This document shows, piece after piece, positions 20,062 through 28,739 of a DNA stretch of 64,000 nucleotides (positions are counted from its first letter, which is position 1; each line of letters starts with the position of its first letter). The translations under genes were made by a program, and so were the position numbers. The notes beneath the pieces were generated by a model. The model saw only the letters and a program-made list of their open reading frames with translations. It was not told where the DNA came from and did no database searches. The stretch spans positions 211 to 64,210 of the forward strand of contig JAAWTG010000007.1 of the NCBI GenBank assembly GCA_022801925.1, in the 5' to 3' direction. This stretch comes from Clostridia bacterium (lineage in GTDB: Bacteria > Bacillota > Clostridia > RUG12999).

Positions 20062-21904
20062 AATTAGAAAAATGTTTCAAAATGCGTGGGTAAGGGAAAA
20101 CATGATTCCAGCGAAAGAATATCATCCTTATCCCAAACCGGAGGAGAGAGAATTTTGGGAGAGCCTTGCGCCGGAACTAAAGAAGCATTTGCTGGAAAAA
20201 GGGCAGGAATATTTGGCGTTTGAATGGAAAGGGATTCCTGCAACCTATTTTCTGGAATTCTATCGCAGCGGCAACCGCGCCTGTTATGAGGACTTGTCCT
20301 ATCAAAAACGTATGGCGCTGGGCGCGCTTGTCATGGCGGAATGCGTGGAAAATGAAAATCGGTTTCTGGACGATATTGTCAATGGAATTTGGTCTATCTG
20401 TGAGGAATCAACATGGGCAATCAGCGCGCATTTGGGCAATTGCAGCAGCGGGTCGGCTGACGTTCTGCCGGATAGTTTAAATGACGCCGTGCTGGATTTG
20501 TTTTCGCTGGAGACGGCGCAGCTCGTTGCATTTGTCTACTATTTGCTAAAAGATAAATTGGATACCATATCGCCGCAAGTTGCAAAACGGATACAAGGAG
20601 AACTGAAACGGCGCGTGTTCGACCCCTATTTAACAGGCACAGAATTTTGGTGGATGGGATTCATGGGCGGTCAGGTGAATAACTGGGCGCCGTGGTGTAC
20701 AAGCAATATTTTATGGACGTTTACTTTAGCATGTGAGAACGATGCCTACCGCGCGGCGGCAGTGAACAAAGCGATTGAAACTTTGGATATTTTTGTGAAT
20801 TCCTATGGAGAAGACGGCGCATGTGTAGAAGGACCGGGATATTGGTTCAATGCCGCAGGATCGCTAATGGATGCGCTGGAAGTGATTTCAGACGCAACAG
20901 GAAATCAAATACCGCTGCAAAGCGAAAAAATCAAACAAATGGGGCGGTTTATTTGCAATGCAAGGATTCATGAAAAATATTATATGAACTTTGCTGATTC
21001 GCCGCTGAAAATCGTGCCGAATGCAGCACGAATTTTCCGTTATGGGAAAACGATGCAGGATTCTGTGATGATGGCGGAGGGCGCAGCGCTCAAACGGCTG
21101 TGGGGCGAATCTGTTCGCTATGCAAGCTGGTATTGTATGGGACGTGTCTTTTCGGAAATTTTGTGTTATGACGAAATGAAACAATATGCAGGGGTGCCGC
21201 TGTGCCAGCAAAATGTTTGGTGGGCAGATGCACAAATTATGATAGCGCGGGAAACGGCGGAAAGTGATAAAGGGTATACGCTGATTGCCAAAGGCGGACA
21301 CAATGGGGAAAGCCACAACCATAATGATATCGGCAGTTTTATGCTGTATGATGACGGACAGCCGGTTATCATTGACATTGGGGTGGAACGATATACCAAA
21401 AAAACGTTTTCGCCGCAGCGGTATGAGATTTGGACAATGCGCAGCGGGTATCATAATGTGCCGCAGATTGGTGGCGCAGAACAATTGCCCGGTGAAGAAT
21501 ATGGAGCGCAGCAAGTTGACTATAGGGTGGAGCAGGGTACTAGCAGTCTGACCATGGAATTGCGTGATACCTATGGTGCAGAAGCGGGCATTCATTCATG
21601 GAACAGGACGCTTTGTTTAGACCGCGGTGCGGCATGTGTGCAGATTTGCGACCGGTATGATTTAGTGCAGGAACAGGAAATAGCCTTCCGTTTTATGACT
21701 TTGCAAAAACCGGAAATCAGCGGTGCAGAAGTGAAAATAGGAACATCTACACTGCGAATTGGCGGCGCACAGGCTGTTGTTTCAGCGGAAAAAATTGATG
21801 TGACAGACAATCATTTGCAAAAAAGCTGGGGCGATACGTTGTATCGTGTTACCGTCATAACAAAAGGTCAAAAAGGGGAAGTTTGTTTTGAAATCAAACG
21901 ATGA
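20054..21904 (+). CDS. Heparinase II/III-like family protein
   Basis: 616 aa. An alpha/alpha-toroid-like N-half and GGHNGESHNHNDIGSF in the C-half are typical of this family. GGAGGAA SD. The start overlaps the rmuC stop by 8 nt. Confidence 0.65.
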   Translation: MYEIRKMFQNAWVRENMIPAKEYHPYPKPEEREFWESLAPELKKHLLEKGQEYLAFEWKGIPATYFLEFYRSGNRACYEDLSYQKRMALGALVMAECVENENRFLDDIVNGIWSICEESTWAISAHLGNCSSGSADVLPDSLNDAVLDLFSLETAQLVAFVYYLLKDKLDTISPQVAKRIQGELKRRVFDPYLTGTEFWWMGFMGGQVNNWAPWCTSNILWTFTLACENDAYRAAAVNKAIETLDIFVNSYGEDGACVEGPGYWFNAAGSLMDALEVISDATGNQIPLQSEKIKQMGRFICNARIHEKYYMNFADSPLKIVPNAARIFRYGKTMQDSVMMAEGAALKRLWGESVRYASWYCMGRVFSEILCYDEMKQYAGVPLCQQNVWWADAQIMIARETAESDKGYTLIAKGGHNGESHNHNDIGSFMLYDDGQPVIIDIGVERYTKKTFSPQRYEIWTMRSGYHNVPQIGGAEQLPGEEYGAQQVDYRVEQGTSSLTMELRDTYGAEAGIHSWNRTLCLDRGAACVQICDRYDLVQEQEIAFRFMTLQKPEISGAEVKIGTSTLRIGGAQAVVSAEKIDVTDNHLQKSWGDTLYRVTVITKGQKGEVCFEIKR

Positions 21905-22154
21905 ATGCCATTATGTCTACATACTCCGTTGTGCTGACGGCACCTTATATACCGGCTGGACAACAGATTTAGAAAAACGTGTGGCGGTGCACAATGCAGG
22001 AAAAGGCGCAAAATATACCAAAAACCGGCGTCCGGTGGAATTGGTTTATTACGAATGTTTAGACAGCAAACCTTTGGCGCTGCGCAGGGAATGCGCGATT
22101 AAAGCTCTGAGCCGACAGGAAAAATTGTCATTGATTCGTAGGCATGAGAGGTAG
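21888..22154 (+). CDS. GIY-YIG nuclease family protein (UPF0213/YhbQ-like)
   Basis: YVYILRCADGTLYTGWTTDLEKRVAVHNAGKGAKYT is the GIY-YIG motif pattern. TTG start overlaps the upstream stop. Confidence 0.8.
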   Translation: MKSNDECHYVYILRCADGTLYTGWTTDLEKRVAVHNAGKGAKYTKNRRPVELVYYECLDSKPLALRRECAIKALSRQEKLSLIRRHER

Positions 22155-22168
22155 AAAATAATAGATAC

Positions 22169-22208
22169 AAAATGCCCGATATGTAGATTTTTACATATCG
22201 GGCATTTT
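22169..22208. terminator. Bidirectional intrinsic terminator between convergent genes
   Basis: aaaatgcccgatatgta / tacatatcgggcatttt: a 17-bp stem flanked by A and T runs. Confidence 0.85.
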
Positions 22209-22223
22209 ATCATAAAAAATGAT

Positions 22224-24152
22224 TTATTCTTCCTGTGATTCCATTTCTTGCAGTTCCGTTTCGCTTTTTTCCAAAAGTTCATATTGCGAAAACAGTTCTT
22301 CTTCCAGCGTTTCAATCGTGTGATTCAGTTCCATCAGCTTGGTATAATCCGCCGCCATCTCAGGCAGCAAAGTTTGTTGCTTGGCTTCATCTACCGCCGC
22401 TTCCAACCGTTCAATTTCAGACTTTGCTTTTACGGCGGAGCTGGAGAGTTTCCGCTTGCGTGCATTCCATTCTTTTTGCTCCAGATAGGAACGTTTTGCC
22501 GCACTGACCGGTTTGGCAGCCTGTTGATTGGTGGAAAGCGTCTGCACACTATGTGCCAAATAATCGTCGTAATTCCCAATGTGGGAGGTCACGCCGCCAC
22601 GCTCCATCACGAGAACGCGGGAGGAAAGTTTGTTGATAAAGTATCGGTCATGGGAGATAATAAACAATGTGCCGTCATAGTCTTGCAGCGCCTGTTCCAA
22701 CGCTTCCATGGAATCAATATCCAGATGGTTGGTCGGTTCGTCCAAAATTAAAAAGTTAACACCTTGCAACATCAATTTCAGCAGAGCAACCTTTGCTTTT
22801 TCGCCGCCGCTGAGCAAGTTGATTTCTTTAAACACATCTTCGCCGCGAAATAAAAAAGCAGCGCAGGCATTGCGTATTTCCGTGGCGGTCATTTTGGGAT
22901 AGGTATTCCAAATCTCTTCAATCACGGAATTTTCAGGTGTAAGCGATTCCATGTTTTGGTCATAGTAGCCGACCGTGATGTTGGAACCAAACGCGAAATG
23001 ACCCGTATCTGCCGGCAATTGGTTTAACAAAATTTTGAACAGGGTCGTTTTGCCGCAGCCGTTGGGGCCCAGCAGAAAAACACATTCGCCGCGGCGGATA
23101 TGTAAGTTTACATGGGAAAACAACCGTTTGCCGTCAAATTCTTTGGATAAATCTTCGGCAGTTAAAACATCGTTTCCGCCTGTCTGTTTTACAGAAAAAC
23201 GGAGGTGCATACTGTCGGGAGAAGACTCCGGTTTTTCTAAATCTTTCATCAGCCGTTCCAGCATTTTTTCCTTGCTTTCCGCCATTTTGATGTTGCGTTC
23301 GCGGTTCCAGCGACGCTGTTGTTCAATGATTCCTTGAATTCGTTTGATTTCGTTTTGTTGGGATTCATAGTGTTTCCAGGCAACTTCCAAGTTTTTTTCT
23401 TTTTGCTGCATAGCGCGGGTATAGTTGCCGGAATAGAGTGTCAGCCGGTTGTGTTCCAGTTCAAAGGTGCGGTTTGTTACCTTGTCGAGAAAATAACGGT
23501 CATGGGAAATGACAATCACCGCGCCATCATAGGACTGCAAAAAATCTTCCAGCCAACGCACAGAATCCAAATCCAAATGGTTGGTCGGCTCGTCCAAAAG
23601 CAAAAGGGGATATCCACCGAGCAGCAGTTTGGCAAGCATAATACGCGTTTTTTGTCCACCGCTTAAAATGGACAGCGGCGCGCGCAGGTCGTCTTCCGAA
23701 AATCCCAGACCCAGCAATACGGATCGCGCACGGCTTTTGTAGGTATAACCGCCGCCATCGTCATAGGCGGTCGTTACCTGATGCTGCCGCTCTACAAGGG
23801 CTTGCATATCACCGTTTGCGATTTCAATATCAATATTAATGCTTTCCAGTTCCTCTTCCAAGGCAATCAGGTCGGCAAAAACTTTCATGATTTCGTCCCA
23901 AACAGTGCAGTCACTGTTTAACGTTACTTGCTGCTGCATATACCCAATCTGTAAATTTTTTGATTTAAAAATGTCGCCTGATTCATAGTATTCCTGCTCC
24001 AGCAAAATTTTAAACAAGGTTGTTTTTCCAGAGCCGTTGATACCAATGAGTCCGATTTTGTCGTGGTCAGCAACTTCAAAAGATATATCTTCAAATAATA
24101 GTTCGCTGCCAAAATATTTTGTAAGATGATTTGCATTCAATACCATGGTCAT
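22224..24152 (-). CDS. ABC-F family ATPase (Uup/YdiF-like) with a C-terminal coiled coil
   Basis: Two ABC cassettes (GINGSGKTT, GPNGCGKTT, 2x LSGG) with no TM domain. The start is set at ATG 24152 (MTMVLNANHL, AAGGATGG SD) rather than ORF-track 24290. Confidence 0.9.
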   Translation of the reverse strand: MTMVLNANHLTKYFGSELLFEDISFEVADHDKIGLIGINGSGKTTLFKILLEQEYYESGDIFKSKNLQIGYMQQQVTLNSDCTVWDEIMKVFADLIALEEELESINIDIEIANGDMQALVERQHQVTTAYDDGGGYTYKSRARSVLLGLGFSEDDLRAPLSILSGGQKTRIMLAKLLLGGYPLLLLDEPTNHLDLDSVRWLEDFLQSYDGAVIVISHDRYFLDKVTNRTFELEHNRLTLYSGNYTRAMQQKEKNLEVAWKHYESQQNEIKRIQGIIEQQRRWNRERNIKMAESKEKMLERLMKDLEKPESSPDSMHLRFSVKQTGGNDVLTAEDLSKEFDGKRLFSHVNLHIRRGECVFLLGPNGCGKTTLFKILLNQLPADTGHFAFGSNITVGYYDQNMESLTPENSVIEEIWNTYPKMTATEIRNACAAFLFRGEDVFKEINLLSGGEKAKVALLKLMLQGVNFLILDEPTNHLDIDSMEALEQALQDYDGTLFIISHDRYFINKLSSRVLVMERGGVTSHIGNYDDYLAHSVQTLSTNQQAAKPVSAAKRSYLEQKEWNARKRKLSSSAVKAKSEIERLEAAVDEAKQQTLLPEMAADYTKLMELNHTIETLEEELFSQYELLEKSETELQEMESQEE

Positions 24153-24323
24153 GTTCCATCCTTTTCGTTTCAATCCTTTCTTATTATAATCAACACTGGT
24201 AAAAATGTCAATTTTAAAAATATGAAATCGACCCAAATTTTTAAAAGGATATTTTTTATCAAAATACTGAAAATATTGAATGTCAACCATAACAAAATTT
24301 GAAATGCATAAGGGGGCATCATC

Positions 24324-25703
24324 ATGAGACGAAAAGGCTGGGCTGTCTTGCTTACTGTGAGTATCGTCATGACAGCGGCTATGCCGGTATTTGCAATTGG
24401 AACTTCAGCGGTTTCTATTGAGAAACGGGCTGTAAAAAATGAGATTGTGACATTTACCGAAGAAGAATTTGCAGAACATTATATAGGAACAGATTTGAAA
24501 CTGAAAAAAATCCAAATTTCTGGGTTACCCAATCCTGCGGTTGGCGAGTTGAAATTGCGCAATAAATTGGTTGCGGAATTTCAGGAAATAAAAGTGTCGG
24601 ATATTAAACGGCTGAACTTCACACCGGCACGAGATTACGTTGGTTATGTAGAATTTATTTGGAACGGGGCAACAAGTAACGGTTATGCACGCTACGGCGC
24701 GTCTGTGCGAATTGTATATACCGATACTTCCACATTGTCGCGTTATCCATCTGACGAAAACCCGCCGCTTACGGCAACGCCAAATGCAATAACAGTGACG
24801 CCGGCGGCAGAAAAAACACCGCAGCCGGGCAGTGAAAAAGAAGGCGGCTGGATTGGTAAACTGTTTGGCGCAGGACAGACAAGAGAAGGTGAAGAAACAC
24901 CAGCGCCGGACGGTGAAACAACACCCGATACAGAAGTGACACCAGGGACGGAAGCGACACCGGATGGGGAAGCAACACCCACGCCAGATACGGAAGCAAC
25001 ACCCGGAGAAGAAGCAACACCGACTCCGGATACAGAAGGGACGCCGGAGGGAGAAGCAACGCCTACACCGGATAGTGAGGCAACACCAACGCCGGAAACA
25101 CCATCTGAACCGCCGCTCTATGCGGATTTAAACCGCCATTTTGCGGAATATTCAGCAGGGAAATTATATAGTGAAAACATTTGGGTTGGAGAGCGTATCG
25201 GAGAAAAACGGTTTATGCATCCGCAGCAGCAGGTGAATCGTATTGAGTTTGTCATGCTGATTCTCTCTGCGCTTGGAGAAACCTATCCGGATGGGAATAC
25301 AGACCCTGTATTTGCAGATGAAGCAGAATATCAGCAATGGGTGCTGGACGCAGGAAAATACGCTTACAAAAAAGGAATCATCAAGGGCAGTCTGGAAGGG
25401 GATAAACTGTATTTGCACGCATTTGATATTATCACACGTGCGGAAGCGGCACAAATTGTGATGAATACATTGTCCATTGAAGTGCCGGAATACCGCGTAG
25501 ACCTTGAATTTGCGGACCAGAGCGAAATTCCGCTTTGGGCGGCGGACGCAATCCGTAATCTGAGAGGTTATGGTATTATTAACGGTTATGAAGACAATAC
25601 CTTCCGTCCGATGAAACAAATTCCTCGTGCGGATACCATTGAAATCATTTGGCAGTTTAGAAAATTTATCACAGCAGAAGGCAATGGGCGGTATATCGCC
25701 TAA
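24324..25703 (+). CDS. Cell-wall-associated protein with a signal peptide, an acidic Pro/Thr-rich linker and C-terminal SLH-like repeats
   Basis: The signal-like segment LLTVSIVMTAAMPVFA, the (E/D)xTP repeat linker, and C-terminal FADxxxxxxWAxxAI...GIINGY...FRP motifs typical of SLH domains. Confidence 0.72.
   Translation: MRRKGWAVLLTVSIVMTAAMPVFAIGTSAVSIEKRAVKNEIVTFTEEEFAEHYIGTDLKLKKIQISGLPNPAVGELKLRNKLVAEFQEIKVSDIKRLNFTPARDYVGYVEFIWNGATSNGYARYGASVRIVYTDTSTLSRYPSDENPPLTATPNAITVTPAAEKTPQPGSEKEGGWIGKLFGAGQTREGEETPAPDGETTPDTEVTPGTEATPDGEATPTPDTEATPGEEATPTPDTEGTPEGEATPTPDSEATPTPETPSEPPLYADLNRHFAEYSAGKLYSENIWVGERIGEKRFMHPQQQVNRIEFVMLILSALGETYPDGNTDPVFADEAEYQQWVLDAGKYAYKKGIIKGSLEGDKLYLHAFDIITRAEAAQIVMNTLSIEVPEYRVDLEFADQSEIPLWAADAIRNLRGYGIINGYEDNTFRPMKQIPRADTIEIIWQFRKFITAEGNGRYIA
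24888..25115 (+). repeat. In-frame imperfect tandem repeats encoding an (E/D)-x-T-P linker
   Basis: Reiterated gaa/gat-nnn-aca/acg-cc units give GEETPAPDGETTPDTEVTPGTEATPDGEATPTPDTEATPGEEATPTPDTEGTPEGEATPTPDSEATPTPETP. Confidence 0.85.
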
Positions 25704-25706
25704 AAT

Positions 25707-25752
25707 AAAAAAGACGGCGTTGCAGCCAAAAGCGGCAGCGCCGTCTTTTTTT
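25707..25752. terminator. Bidirectional intrinsic terminator
   Basis: aaaaaagacggcg ... cgccgtctttttt: a GC-rich stem flanked by A6 and T8 runs, lying between convergent genes. Confidence 0.85.
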
Positions 25753-25759
25753 CTAAAAG

Positions 25760-26884
25760 TTAATGTGAAACGATATGTTCTACAGCGTTTAAAAACGTAT
25801 CAATTTCCCGCGTGGTTGTAAAATAGCCAGGGCTGACGCGTACCGTGCCGGTTTCCAGCGTATGATAGGACCGGTGGGCAAGCGGGGCGCAGTGCAGACC
25901 GGCGCGGCAGGCAATATCATATTCTTCGTCCAGCCGTTCGCAGATTTCCGAAGTGTCGCGCTGCCATACGGTGAAACTAACGGTCGCTACACGCTGCGGC
26001 GCGTCGGGACAAAGAACAGAAACTTGTGGAATACGTTTTAAACCATCTATGATTTGTCCTGCCAAAGCTGCTTCGTGAGCGTAGATGAGGTCGCGTCCTT
26101 TGCGGCGGATATAGCGGATACCCTCCAGCAGTCCGGCGATTGCCGGAACATTTTGCGTGCCGCTCTCATAATAGTCCGGTAGGATTTGAGGCTGCTCCAG
26201 CGATTCGGAATTGCTGCCGGTTCCGCCGCACATAAGAGGAGCAGGGGAGTAGATGGGGGGAATGTAAAGTCCGCCGGTTCCTTGTGGGCCCAGCAAGCTT
26301 TTGTGACCTGGAAACGCAACAAATGCGCCTAATGTATCGAAAGAAAGCGGTAATATGCCCGCTGTTTGGGCGGCGTCTATCAATAGTGGGATTCGATAGG
26401 ATTTACATAGAGAAGCGGCGAGAGAAATATCATTTACAACACCGCTGACATTAGAAGCATGGTTGATAATGACCAATTTGGTGTCGGGACGGATATGTTC
26501 CGGCAAGGCGGCAATGTTGCAGCTTCCATCTTCTGAAAGCGGCAAAACAGATACTTCTGCATGGATTTTATAGAGCGGACGCACCGAGGAATTATGTTCC
26601 AGACAGGAAACAATAACATGTCCGCCGGGCGGCACCATGCCTAAAACAGCGGTGTTCAAAGCGTGGGTGGTATTGGTTACAAAAACGATATTTTGCGGAT
26701 TTTGAACACCGAAAAATTGTGCCAGTTCGTCACGGCAGTCCCAAACGACTTCCATAGCACGGCGCGCCATTTTATGGCTGCTGCGTCCTGCATTTGCACC
26801 GCAAGAGGTCATGTATTTATATACAGCGGAACAGACATTGGAGGGCTTGGGAAATGATGTTGCAGCATTATCGAGGTAAATCAT
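25760..26884 (-). CDS. Class-V aminotransferase / cysteine desulfurase family protein
   Basis: MIYLDNAATSFPKP N-terminus and FPGHKSLLGPQG (PLP Lys). AAAGGAGTG lies 7 nt before ATG 26884. Confidence 0.85.
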   Translation of the reverse strand: MIYLDNAATSFPKPSNVCSAVYKYMTSCGANAGRSSHKMARRAMEVVWDCRDELAQFFGVQNPQNIVFVTNTTHALNTAVLGMVPPGGHVIVSCLEHNSSVRPLYKIHAEVSVLPLSEDGSCNIAALPEHIRPDTKLVIINHASNVSGVVNDISLAASLCKSYRIPLLIDAAQTAGILPLSFDTLGAFVAFPGHKSLLGPQGTGGLYIPPIYSPAPLMCGGTGSNSESLEQPQILPDYYESGTQNVPAIAGLLEGIRYIRRKGRDLIYAHEAALAGQIIDGLKRIPQVSVLCPDAPQRVATVSFTVWQRDTSEICERLDEEYDIACRAGLHCAPLAHRSYHTLETGTVRVSPGYFTTTREIDTFLNAVEHIVSH

Positions 26885-26900
26885 AGAATTCACTCCTTTC

Positions 26901-26934
26901 AAAAAATTGCGGAGAGTCCCGTGGGAGACTCTCC
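26901..26934 (-). terminator. Hairpin plus T6 between the DUF3343 gene and the desulfurase gene (partial terminator or attenuator)
   Basis: The minus strand reads ggagagtc-tcccacgg-gactctcc-gcaa-tttttt. Confidence 0.55.
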
Positions 26935-26939
26935 TTTGT

Positions 26940-27200
26940 TTAACTCAATCTGGTATATTCATAACCTTTTTCCGTTTCTGTTTCTTGATAAACGCCTTTG
27001 ATGCGGACGTCCATACGCCGTGCCTCTTGATATAAGAAATTTAAGCAGTTATAAGAAGTCCGCAGACTGTAGCCGCAGCCGCCGATAGCAAGGTGCTTGG
27101 GCGTTTGTATCACATAGGAAGAAAAGCCTTTGTCTGCCAGAGATTTTTTTAGCCGCAGAGCGGTTGTTGCTGATGAAAGTAAAACAATAACTTGGAACAT
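26940..27200 (-). CDS. DUF3343-like small protein (putative Se/S carrier family)
   Basis: 86 aa. ...ALRLKKSLADKGFSSYVIQTPKHLAIGGCGYSL pattern, and genomic pairing with a cysteine-desulfurase-like gene. Confidence 0.65.
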   Translation of the reverse strand: MFQVIVLLSSATTALRLKKSLADKGFSSYVIQTPKHLAIGGCGYSLRTSYNCLNFLYQEARRMDVRIKGVYQETETEKGYEYTRLS

Positions 27201-27548
27201 CTTTCAAAACCTCTCTTGTTTTCAGGATTCATAGTTGTTAGATCCCCTGTTATTATGATATGTGCTATAGTCGTTTTCGTGTGTATATTTTCTGGTTAGG
27301 CAAATAAAAATAAAAAATGGTGCGATTGCACAGGAAAAAAATGAAATTGTATACAAAAAATATAGAAAAGTAACAAAGTGTAAACAAAATAGAAAAGAAA
27401 ATAGCACTAAAAAGTAACGTTTAATAGATGATAAAATTATGAAAAATGAATAAGTTAGAAAAAGGGAGATTTATTGAGAATGAGTGAATTTGATGGGTTT
27501 AGATTAAAAAAAGAAACTAAATTGGTTGAAAATGAACAATAATCAGTG

Positions 27549-27577
27549 TTGAAAAAAGAAAATATCTCGTGTATAAT
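27549..27577 (+). promoter_or_regulatory. Sigma-A-like promoter candidate inside the block
   Basis: TTGAAA (27549-27554), a 17-nt spacer, then TATAAT (27572-27577). Confidence 0.35.
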
Positions 27578-27949
27578 AAAACCATAAGATACAGAGAAAC
27601 AAAATCTGAATCTTAAATTGTAAAAAGGAGGTGTCTCCGTTGGCATAAGATAAACGGGTCGTTTCAAAAATTGAAAAATAGAATTACTGCAAATCTTTCC
27701 TATATGGAAAGGTAAAAATGAAATTCATTCCTGAATGAAATAGAAACACAAAGGGGATGGCAGTTATGAAAATAGGCTGCGAACTTTTTCGTCAGAAAAA
27801 ATAGAAGAAAGAGGAGAGTCCCATGTACAATGTAAGATAAAACATTATTTCAAAGTTGAATGAAGAAAGAGTTTGTTGTAAGAATGAACTGGCAGAAAGG
27901 TGATTCCGTTGGGATAGCGTAGTAAAAAATATAACAAATGAAAATACGG

Positions 27950-27978
27950 TTGCATGACTCATTTATATATATTATAAA
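27950..27978 (+). promoter_or_regulatory. Second sigma-A-like promoter candidate inside the block
   Basis: TTGCAT (27950-27955), a 17-nt spacer, then TATAAA (27973-27978). It lies about 25 nt upstream of AGGAGG plus ATG 28003. Confidence 0.35.
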
Positions 27979-28591
27979 AAAGGGTATCAGGAGGCGGCAG
28001 AGATGATTGAACCAATCAGGCAGGCCGTTGCAAATACCAAAATAAATTTTTGATGAAAATAATAGTATGAATGAAGAAAAGCAGGGAAGCATTGGTCTTT
28101 CCATTGTATTCAAATTGTCCCTTGGAAAATAAAATAATAATTAAAATTTATTGTGGCTATTTGTGATGGCAAACAATGAATATTTGCAGTGAAACTCTAT
28201 TCAAAAAAATTCAGAGAAACTGCTTTGGCAGTTAGACTGAATGATCCTTCCAAAGTGAAACGATATCGTGGATCATCAGAGTGATATCATGGATGCTAAG
28301 TCAATAAAGACCACAGCGGAGTGATAGGAACGGAAGATGAAAAGAACAAGTTGAAAAACGGAAAAACATCACAAAGACAGAGCGATTGAAAAAAAGCGGA
28401 ATATATGCAGAATAAAAGCGCTGGCATATATTTTGCGAATAGAAGCTAAATTTGATGATGAAGAGAAAAGTTTAAACAAACAACAAGGTTCGGGAAAAGA
28501 AAGCCTGCAAGAGGGAATTTGGAAAATAGAATTGCAGGACTTAAGGAGGATTTTTAGACGTTGAATGAACTAAACAACGAGGAAAGTATAT

Positions 28592-28638
28592 AAACCGCAC
28601 TTACTTTTGGAAACAAAGTAAGTGCGGTTTATTTTTTT
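28592..28638 (+). terminator. Strong plus-strand intrinsic terminator closing the block
   Basis: 16-bp stem aaaccgcacttacttt / aaagtaagtgcggttt with a 7-nt loop, followed by aTTTTTTT. Confidence 0.9.
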
Positions 28639-28739
28639 ATAAATGCAGTCCTTTTCTCCGCCAAACCGTCATAAAACAGGAGTTGTCCTAATATAATGTG
28701 ATACAGAGAAAATTTAGGACAAGGAGGACAAATGACAAC

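Larger units (their letters stand above)
27201..28591 (+). other. Low-GC, purine-rich (plus strand) block with no long ORF and no assignable gene
   Basis: No plus-strand ORF of 60 aa or more. Hand counts: 27361-27420 is A36 T10 G9 C5, and 28321-28380 is A32 G15 C7 T6. Stops are frequent in all plus frames. See findings. Confidence 0.6.

Noticed and set aside
27222-28113. Minus-strand ORFs 27222..27407, 27455..27667 and 27850..28113 listed in the ORF track inside the anomalous block
   Set aside because: Their translations are Phe/Leu/Ser/Ile-rich low-complexity strings, as expected from reading the pyrimidine-rich complement of a purine-rich strand. The first begins at a GTG with no SD upstream. 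None resembles a protein family, and the terminator orientation points to plus-strand transcription.
28400-28640. A known cation riboswitch (M-box, or Mn/Na/Li classes) upstream of the P-type ATPase
   Set aside because: I could not find the conserved cores I remember for these classes. Only a generic terminator and a micro-ORF are visible. The question is left open for a covariance-model search rather than called.
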